Under the pieces are notes generated by a model that did no database searches, was not told the DNA's origin, and worked only from the letters and a program-made list of their open reading frames with translations. A program made the translations under genes and the position numbers. 64,000 nt of DNA from a virus (lineage: Duplodnaviria > Caudoviricetes), in the IMG/VR virus record IMGVR_UViG_3300006169_000009, positions 1 through 64,000 of that record. One strand, given 5' to 3'. Below, piece after piece: positions 59,096-64,000 of this stretch (positions are counted from its first letter, which is position 1; each line of letters starts with the position of its first letter).

Positions 59096-59340
59096 CCCTC
59101 CTGGATGTACCCGCGTGCAGCACCGTCGATACGGGCCGCCGAGAGCGCGCAGGCGGTAGGGCCAGAGCCCCAGCCACGCTCCTGGGTGGTGACCTTGGAG
59201 CCAGCGCGCATGGCGTCGGAGAGGGTGTACTTGGTCAGCACGCCCATCTCGATCTCACCCAGTTCCGCCTTCAGGGCCTGGGTCGCCTCCGGCCAGATCT
59301 CCTCCGTGGTCTTGGGAGTCTGCTTCTCCGTGGTGCTCAT
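59092..59340 (-). CDS. hypothetical protein
   Basis: ATG at 59340 with GAGGA. Confidence 0.65.
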   Translation of the reverse strand: MSTTEKQTPKTTEEIWPEATQALKAELGEIEMGVLTKYTLSDAMRAGSKVTTQERGWGSGPTACALSAARIDGAARGYIQEG

Positions 59341-60385
59341 CTGCTTCCTCACTTTCAGGGTTCTGGAACGACAGGTCACAGTCTAGCGTCTCCAGCCAGT
59401 CTGCGATAGCCTCTCGCGTCCACTTGTGGGTGTCGTTGAGATGCACGACTAGGTTGACGACGTAGTTGGTTCTGGGCATGGAACAGAACGTCTTTCCCTT
59501 GTTCTTGCGTACCGGACACTTTGCCTTGGCGGTCTTCAGCGCAGGGATGGCCTTGACCAGTGCCCCGGTCATCGGGTGGTCCTCGTCGGTGTAAGAGGCT
59601 CCGCTATTGGCGGTGTACGGCGTCAACTTCGCCTGGTCTGGCGTGATGGTCTTCTTGGGCTTGTACTCGCCCTTGTGGACCACCAGCGGGAGCGCGTGGT
59701 CGAGGTTCGGGATCTGGTTGGATACCGTGGTGGGGGTCAGCAGACCCTCGATGAGAAGGTCGACAGCGGCCTCAGCCTGATGCTGGGCCAGACCGTGCTC
59801 CATCACGAGCCAACCGATCAGTTCCTGGGGATCGGTGGTGCCTACATGGAAGTGGAACTTCTCCGGGTCCTCATCCACCGGCTCCTCCATCTCGATGTTC
59901 GGGCTGCAGTTGTCGTAGGCAGTGAACGTGCCCATCTGTCGAAGAACGTGGACCTGTTCAAGAGTGTCCTGGACAGCCTCCCAAGGCTTGCCGTCAGTCC
60001 AGTCGCACACGAATACGATCTTCGATCCTGGTCGAAGACCGCGCAGTCCTCTCGGGTGATAGACGAACTTCGCGTCCAGATTCGTGCGAAGGTTGCGAAC
60101 CTCACACCACAACTTGAAGCAGTTGTAGTTCATAGCCACGACGTAGTAAGGCTCGGGGGTGCGGAACAACTTCAGGCCCAGCAGGTTCTCCCACGTGTCG
60201 TGCTTGTGGGTGTTGGGCTTCATGTCGATGAGGACCTTCAGGCTGGCGTGCTGCGCAGGAGTCATGACGAAATCAACCGATCCACCAGTCTGGTGATTAG
60301 AGACAACCCCGCCGTACTTGTAGTCCTTGTATCCGACGGGCTTCCATGGCGAGGAGATCTGGTACAAACCATAAGACTGGGACAC
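59255..60385 (-). CDS. hypothetical protein
   Basis: GTG at 60385 with GAGAGG; C-terminal C..C..HLNDTHKWTREAIADWL. Confidence 0.65.
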   Translation of the reverse strand: MSQSYGLYQISSPWKPVGYKDYKYGGVVSNHQTGGSVDFVMTPAQHASLKVLIDMKPNTHKHDTWENLLGLKLFRTPEPYYVVAMNYNCFKLWCEVRNLRTNLDAKFVYHPRGLRGLRPGSKIVFVCDWTDGKPWEAVQDTLEQVHVLRQMGTFTAYDNCSPNIEMEEPVDEDPEKFHFHVGTTDPQELIGWLVMEHGLAQHQAEAAVDLLIEGLLTPTTVSNQIPNLDHALPLVVHKGEYKPKKTITPDQAKLTPYTANSGASYTDEDHPMTGALVKAIPALKTAKAKCPVRKNKGKTFCSMPRTNYVVNLVVHLNDTHKWTREAIADWLETLDCDLSFQNPESEEADEHHGEADSQDHGGDLAGGDPGPEGGTG

Positions 60386-60414
60386 TGCTTCCTCTCTCGT
60401 GCGCGTGGTGGGGT

Positions 60415-60431
60415 ACTCAACAGTGGAGCCA
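60415..60431 (-). repeat. 3' arm of the 17-bp inverted repeat enclosing the RNA operon
   Basis: ACTCAACAGTGGAGCCA is the reverse complement of 63947-63963. Confidence 0.85.
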
Positions 60432-60432
60432 G

Positions 60433-60510
60433 TGGAGATGGCGGGACTCGAACCCGCGTCCGCCGTCAGTCCGCATGCGGTCTTCCGACGTCGAACTACC
60501 ATGCATCCCC
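60433..60510 (-). ncRNA. mini-tmRNA consisting of the tRNA-like domain only
   Basis: GGGGAUG/CAUCUCC-A acceptor with G3.U70, UUCGAC, helix 2 capped by CAUG, GGAC-GCGGG-UUCGAGU-CCCGC. Confidence 0.8.
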
Positions 60511-60694
60511 AGGTGTGGGATTAGGACCGTGGCTTCCGGCCCGACACCCACGACGGAGAAAAGGAGTGTCCGTCACACCCCCGCCCATATAGCAGGACGG
60601 ATGCCCCTGCGTTTCGTCACGCTGATGCAGGGTTCGCGGCCAGTGATTATCGCTCACAGGATTCAAGCGCCTGGGAGCCACCCAGGAGTCTGTG

Positions 60695-60877
60695 TCAGCG
60701 CCGACGGCCCTGACAGGTGTTGAGGTGACCCAGCAAGGCCGGGCCGCCGATCTTGATGAACGCCCCGCAGTGCCAGGGGCAGGCCCCGGTAGTGCGCTTG
60801 ATGCCCATCTTCTTCATGTACGCGGCCATCTCCTGGTCAGACTTGGAGCGCGTGCCACGACGGTCGTTTGCGGACAT
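60695..60877 (-). CDS. small basic Zn-finger protein
   Basis: CPWHC..HLNTC; SD AGGAAGG. Confidence 0.6.
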   Translation of the reverse strand: MSANDRRGTRSKSDQEMAAYMKKMGIKRTTGACPWHCGAFIKIGGPALLGHLNTCQGRRR

Positions 60878-60957
60878 TGGCAGTCCTTCCTATGAGTAGT
60901 TACCTACTCATGGAGACCACCAGCCTTTCCAGAGAACACTTGTCTCCTCTCGTGGGA

Positions 60958-61104
60958 CTACTTCTTGCGGCCCTTCTTGGCCTTCGCCTTCTTGGCGTCG
61001 GCGTTGCTGATGGCCGCAGCCTTGGACTTGCTCATGCCCTTGGCCTTCAACGCGTCGTACTCCGAAGGCTTCTTGATGCTCGGGCCGTGATCCTTACCTG
61101 GCAC
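60958..61104 (-). CDS. 48-aa Lys-rich protein
   Basis: GTG at 61104 with GAGGAGAAGG; GPSIK..YDALKAKGMSKSKAAAISNA. Confidence 0.7.
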   Translation of the reverse strand: MPGKDHGPSIKKPSEYDALKAKGMSKSKAAAISNADAKKAKAKKGRKK

Positions 61105-61138
61105 TGTCCTTCTCCTCTCAGACATGGCCAGTGTAGCG

Positions 61139-61211
61139 AGCCCCTGACAGGATTCGAACCCGCATTTCGCCTGAGTCGTATTCAGGTGCCTCTCCGTTAG
61201 ACTACAGGGGC
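61139..61211 (-). tRNA. tRNA-Arg(ACG)
   Basis: cloverleaf; loop AT-ACG-AC. Confidence 0.9.
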
Positions 61212-61212
61212 G

Positions 61213-61286
61213 TGGAGATGCTTCCCGGAGTCGAACCGGGGTGAACGGGTTTGCAGCCCGCCGCCTAGCCTCTCGGCCAAAGCATC
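61213..61286 (-). tRNA. tRNA-Cys(GCA), CCA encoded
   Basis: loop CT-GCA-AA. Confidence 0.93.
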
Positions 61287-61290
61287 TCGG

Positions 61291-61374
61291 TGCAGGGTGA
61301 AGGACTCGAACCTCCAAGGTCAGATGACACCTGGTTTACAGCCAGGGACGCTACCAGTTACGCTCTAACCCTGC
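61291..61374 (-). tRNA. tRNA-Tyr(GTA)
   Basis: loop CT-GTA-AA; long variable arm. Confidence 0.92.
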
Positions 61375-61376
61375 GG

Positions 61377-61451
61377 GGTGGCGGACGGCCCTCGAAGCCG
61401 CTAATCGACAGATTCACAGTCTGCCCGCTCGTCCACTTCGCGTTCCGCCAC
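61377..61451 (-). tRNA. tRNA-His(GTG)
   Basis: loop CT-GTG-AA; C73. Confidence 0.88.
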
Positions 61452-61453
61452 AG

Positions 61454-61524
61454 TGCTCCCAGAGGGATTCGAACCCCCAGTCACGGTGTGTAAGACCGAT
61501 GGTTTGCCGTTAACCGACAGGAGC
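61454..61524 (-). tRNA. tRNA-Val(TAC)
   Basis: loop CT-TAC-AC. Confidence 0.9.
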
Positions 61525-61595
61525 AAACGGGCTTGGGGTGTCGACTGGTCCCCGCTTCACGGATTCAAACCGATGGACGAGCCCCGCGCCCAACG

Positions 61596-61667
61596 CGGTG
61601 AGTACGGGGATCGAACCCGTGGCCTTCCGGCTGACAACCGGCTGCGCTGCCTCTGCGCCAACCCACC
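61596..61667 (-). tRNA. tRNA-Asp(GTC)
   Basis: loop TT-GTC-AG; G73. Confidence 0.9.
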
Positions 61668-61672
61668 TAGCG

Positions 61673-61746
61673 TGGAGAATGAGGGACTCGAACCCTCCAG
61701 GCCGCGATCTTGCAAGGATCGCCCGGGTAACCCGTGCCCATTCCCC
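61673..61746 (-). tRNA. tRNA-Ala(TGC), atypical D arm
   Basis: G3.U70; loop CT-TGC-AA. Confidence 0.8.
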
Positions 61747-61747
61747 T

Positions 61748-61823
61748 TGGCTGATCTGGTAGGACTCGAACCTACAACCCCCTGATTAACAGTCAGGTGC
61801 GCTGCCAATTGCGCCACAGACCA
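61748..61823 (-). tRNA. tRNA-Asn(GTT), CCA encoded
   Basis: loop CT-GTT-AA. Confidence 0.93.
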
Positions 61824-61828
61824 ATGAG

Positions 61829-61901
61829 TAGCGGTGACGGGATTCGAACCCGTAGTACCCAGATTATGAGTCTGGCGTGTTGCCGATTACACCACACCGC
61901 G
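61829..61901 (-). tRNA. tRNA-Met(CAT)
   Basis: loop CT-CAT-AA; C1:U72 mismatch. Confidence 0.9.
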
Positions 61902-61906
61902 ATGCG

Positions 61907-61979
61907 TACGCCCAGTAGGACTCGAACCTACAACCCTCTGATTAAGAGTCAGATGCTCTACCAATTGAGCCATAGGCGC
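61907..61979 (-). tRNA. tRNA-Lys(CTT)
   Basis: loop CT-CTT-AA. Confidence 0.93.
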
Positions 61980-62077
61980 ATGTTGCTGACTTGCCCAACA
62001 AGGTTGTGCCACGTTGTTGGCGCTTCCGCAGGGCTAGGCACGTTAGAGCCCCCGCACCGACTGTCAGCGAGCCGTCG

Positions 62078-62151
62078 TGTCCTCGGAGGGACTTGAACCC
62101 CCAACCTGCAGGCTCTCGACCTGCCGCCTCTGCCGATTGGGCTACGAGGAC
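62078..62151 (-). tRNA. tRNA-Leu(GAG), short variable arm
   Basis: loop TC-GAG-AG. Confidence 0.85.
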
Positions 62152-62228
62152 AAGCCCGGACGTCTCCGGGTCGTTCTCATTACGTCGGGTGGCTCCACAC
62201 CGGCTCGTCAGCCGGGATCACCCGAGGG

Positions 62229-62302
62229 TATCCGTGGAGGGACTCGAACCCCCAACATCTTGATCCTGAATCAAGCGCCTCTGCCAGTTGGACTACACGG
62301 AC
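62229..62302 (-). tRNA. tRNA-Leu(CAG), short variable arm
   Basis: loop TT-CAG-GA. Confidence 0.88.
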
Positions 62303-62389
62303 ATGCGTGGGGATACCATTCGCCCCACCACCAGGCTCTACAATCCCATTCCACCTCGGCTCCCGTAGGCTTCGGCCCTGGCCCTTACG

Positions 62390-62473
62390 CGGAGAGAGCA
62401 GGATTCGAACCTGCGGGACGCGAGGCCCACTGAGTTAGCAACTCAGCGCAATAAACCGCTCTGCCACCTCTCC
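62390..62473 (-). tRNA. tRNA-Ser(GCT)
   Basis: loop TT-GCT-AA; long variable arm. Confidence 0.92.
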
Positions 62474-62549
62474 TGGACCCCCCAGCAGGATTCGAACCCG
62501 CAACGCCCGGCTTAGAACACCGTCAGTCTATCCGTTGACCTATAGGGGG
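62474..62549 (-). tRNA. tRNA-Arg(TCT), CCA encoded
   Basis: loop GT-TCT-AA. Confidence 0.88.
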
Positions 62550-62553
62550 ATAG

Positions 62554-62628
62554 TGCGCTGCTCAGGGCTCGAACCTGAAACATCCGGGGTTTGAATCCGG
62601 CACCTCTGCCAAATTGGGTCAGCAGCGC
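62554..62628 (-). tRNA. tRNA-Leu(CAA), short variable arm
   Basis: loop TT-CAA-AC. Confidence 0.87.
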
Positions 62629-62636
62629 GTGTGCGA

Positions 62637-62743
62637 GTCTGCAAGCGCACTCGGCGCGTTATCGGTGCTTCACGTACCGTCGTCAGGCCAAAGGCTTCTT
62701 TCCCTCTTCCGTCGAAGAGGATCGAGAACGGTAACTTGCAGAC
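62637..62743 (-). ncRNA. putative structured spacer RNA (multibranch)
   Basis: 9-bp perfect closing helix GTCTGCAAG/CTTGCAGAC; internal CCTCTTC-GACG-GAAGAGG. Confidence 0.5.
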
Positions 62744-62747
62744 CCAG

Positions 62748-62831
62748 AGGAGGGTAGAGGGTTCGAACCCCTGCCCCGAAGGACACTCCAGTTTTCTAGA
62801 CTGGTCGCCAGCCACTCCAGCAGTACCCTCC
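62748..62831 (-). tRNA. tRNA-Ser(AGA)
   Basis: stem CCAGT/ACTGG; loop CT-AGA-AA; long variable arm with UUCG. Confidence 0.85.
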
Positions 62832-62835
62832 GAAG

Positions 62836-62908
62836 TACCCCCAACGGGATTCGAACCCGTGTTAGCGGCTTGAAAGGCCGCCGTCCTAGTCCACTAGACG
62901 ATAAGGGT
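62836..62908 (-). tRNA. tRNA-Glu(TTC)
   Basis: loop CT-TTC-AA. Confidence 0.92.
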
Positions 62909-62909
62909 A

Positions 62910-62985
62910 TGGCAGTCCGTGCGGGAGTCGAACCCGCGTCACCTGGCTGAGAACCAGACATCCTGGGCCACTAGACGAACGGACC
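62910..62985 (-). tRNA. tRNA-Glu(CTC), CCA encoded
   Basis: loop TT-CTC-AG. Confidence 0.92.
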
Positions 62986-63050
62986 AAGTGCTGTGGCTTG
63001 TCGGACCAGAGCATGAGTCAGCAGGCCCGAGTGGACCTCCAACACCGGAG

Positions 63051-63124
63051 TTGGGGTGGCAGGGCTTGAACCTGCGCATCCGTGCTTATCAGGCACGAGC
63101 CTTGACCGACTTGGCTACACCCCA
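63051..63124 (-). tRNA. tRNA-Ile(GAT)
   Basis: loop CT-GAT-AA. Confidence 0.92.
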
Positions 63125-63129
63125 TCGCG

Positions 63130-63201
63130 CTCCTCCCCAAGGACTCGAACCTCGACCGGATGAATCAGAGTCACCCGTGCTGCCAATTACACCAAGGAGG
63201 A
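63130..63201 (-). tRNA. tRNA-Gln(CTG)
   Basis: loop CT-CTG-AT; U1-A72, G73. Confidence 0.92.
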
Positions 63202-63307
63202 AAGACGCGGACCCATGGCACTACATGGGCTACCCGCTCTGACCACCCCAGGTCTGCACCGTCCTCTGTGCAGTGTTCAGGCGAGGACACCTTGGGGGAG
63301 TGCGCAG

Positions 63308-63381
63308 AGCCTCGTGGAGGATTCGAACCCCCAGCGCGCTGATTACTAAACAGCCGTTCTGCCAGTTGGAACTAACGAGGC
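63308..63381 (-). tRNA. tRNA-Thr(AGT)
   Basis: loop TT-AGT-AA; C2-G71. Confidence 0.87.
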
Positions 63382-63455
63382 ATGCGTACCGTGTTCGCGA
63401 AGGGCGGTACAACCCCTCCTCTAGAACGCCGCTTGTGCGACGGTGCGATCATACG

Positions 63456-63527
63456 AGCGCCGCAGGGGACTCGAACCCCCACCCTATGCTTGGAAGGCAT
63501 CGATGCTGCCATTAACACCAACGGCGC
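63456..63527 (-). tRNA. tRNA-Gly(TCC)
   Basis: loop CT-TCC-AA; U73. Confidence 0.92.
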
Positions 63528-63713
63528 GTGTGTCGGGGACGCAGCGCGGAAACGAGGGGCGTGATCAGTCTCTCGCATGGACCTTGCTTCGCCAGGAGGC
63601 AGCGTTGACGCCCCCGACTTTTATCACCATGACCCAACCCTTCGGTTGAGTAGTTGAAGCGCGGAGTGGAAGACATCCGCCGTGGGGGCGTAGTTTGTGG
63701 CCCCGCGCTTCTG

Positions 63714-63786
63714 TGCCGCCCCGAGGACTCGAACCTCGGCCTCCCGGTTTTCAGCCGGGCGCTCTACCTGTTGTCGCTAGAGCGGC
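63714..63786 (-). tRNA. tRNA-Phe(GAA)
   Basis: loop CT-GAA-AA. Confidence 0.9.
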
Positions 63787-63845
63787 ATGAGCGGGTCTAG
63801 GGTTGTCGACACTTAGCCCCATCGAGGGGGACTCTAGGCCCGCAG

Positions 63846-63919
63846 TCTGAGTGGGAGGATTTGAACCCCCGACCTCCTGAACCCAAATCAGGCGGCATAC
63901 CTGGCTTGCCTACACTCAG
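63846..63919 (-). tRNA. tRNA-Pro(TGG)
   Basis: loop TT-TGG-GT. Confidence 0.92.
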
Positions 63920-63946
63920 ATCGACAGGGCTTGGCAGGCCCTGTCA

Positions 63947-63969
63947 TGGCTCCACTGTTGAGTTCTCAA
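63947..63969 (-). promoter_or_regulatory. rrn-leader-like (boxA/processing stalk) motif; 5' arm of the 17-bp inverted repeat
   Basis: minus strand TTGAGAACTCAACAGTGGAGCCA. Confidence 0.7.
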
Positions 63970-64000
63970 TGTGCAAGTGGTTCGGGCTTCCACCTCCCGG

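Noticed and set aside
60433-60510. Reading this RNA as ordinary tRNA-Ala(TGC) or as a permuted two-piece tmRNA
   Set aside because: It has no D stem and no U33 7-nt anticodon loop. The 5' end precedes the 3' end with no intervening tag segment, unlike permuted genes.
155-60600. Many long plus-strand ORFs (e.g. 6378-8783, 16842-18272, 32518-33891, 42611-43960)
   Set aside because: They are antisense shadows of GC3-biased minus-strand genes and carry no recognisable motifs.
62660-62690. Hammerhead-like CUGACGA cores (also near 62205)
   Set aside because: No GAAA after stem II and no matching stem I/III with an NUH site.
62303-63307. HDV-like/theta ribozymes in tRNA trailers
   Set aside because: Fragments such as GGCGAAUGG and UCCUCGC occur, but the P1-P2-P3-P1'-P2' order could not be built by eye.
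60868-63649. ORF-track calls overlapping the tRNA array
   Set aside because: They overlap clear tRNA cloverleafs; only the 60958-61104 portion has an SD and a plausible product.
1-64000. Integrase, introns/inteins, stop-codon recoding
   Set aside because: None seen: polymerase, RNR, helicases and terminase are uninterrupted, TAG/TGA/TAA all act as stops, and there is no suppressor tRNA.

Overview
This is a 64-kb slice of a high-GC, apparently lytic actinobacteriophage with a contractile tail (myovirus). Essentially all genes are on the minus strand. In transcription order (right to left) it contains: (1) an array of 24 tRNAs with structured spacers, ending in a 78-nt tmRNA-like RNA; (2) small accessory genes (metallophosphoesterase, Tat-signal glycoside hydrolase, MazG-like, KTSC, PC4-like); (3) terminase, a fibre module with a GDPD/Trp-repeat protein, portal, scaffold, capsid, neck, sheath, tube, chaperone, a tape measure protein with muralytic domains, baseplate and holins; (4) replication and recombination genes (HTH protein plus putative origin, DnaB, primase, SNF2 helicase, SSB, family A polymerase, class II RNR, RecA, resolvase, WhiB, Cas4-like nuclease). 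The strongest novelty is the RNA operon at 60.4-64.0 kb. It is bracketed by a 17-bp inverted repeat that resembles the actinobacterial rRNA leader/processing stalk. It carries a minimal, superwobble-style tRNA set including the rare A34 tRNAs Ser(AGA) and Thr(AGT), and about ten self-folding spacer RNAs. It ends in a mini-tmRNA that has only the alanine tRNA-like domain and no tag reading frame. All protein calls come from motif recognition by eye; no database searches or folding programs were run.
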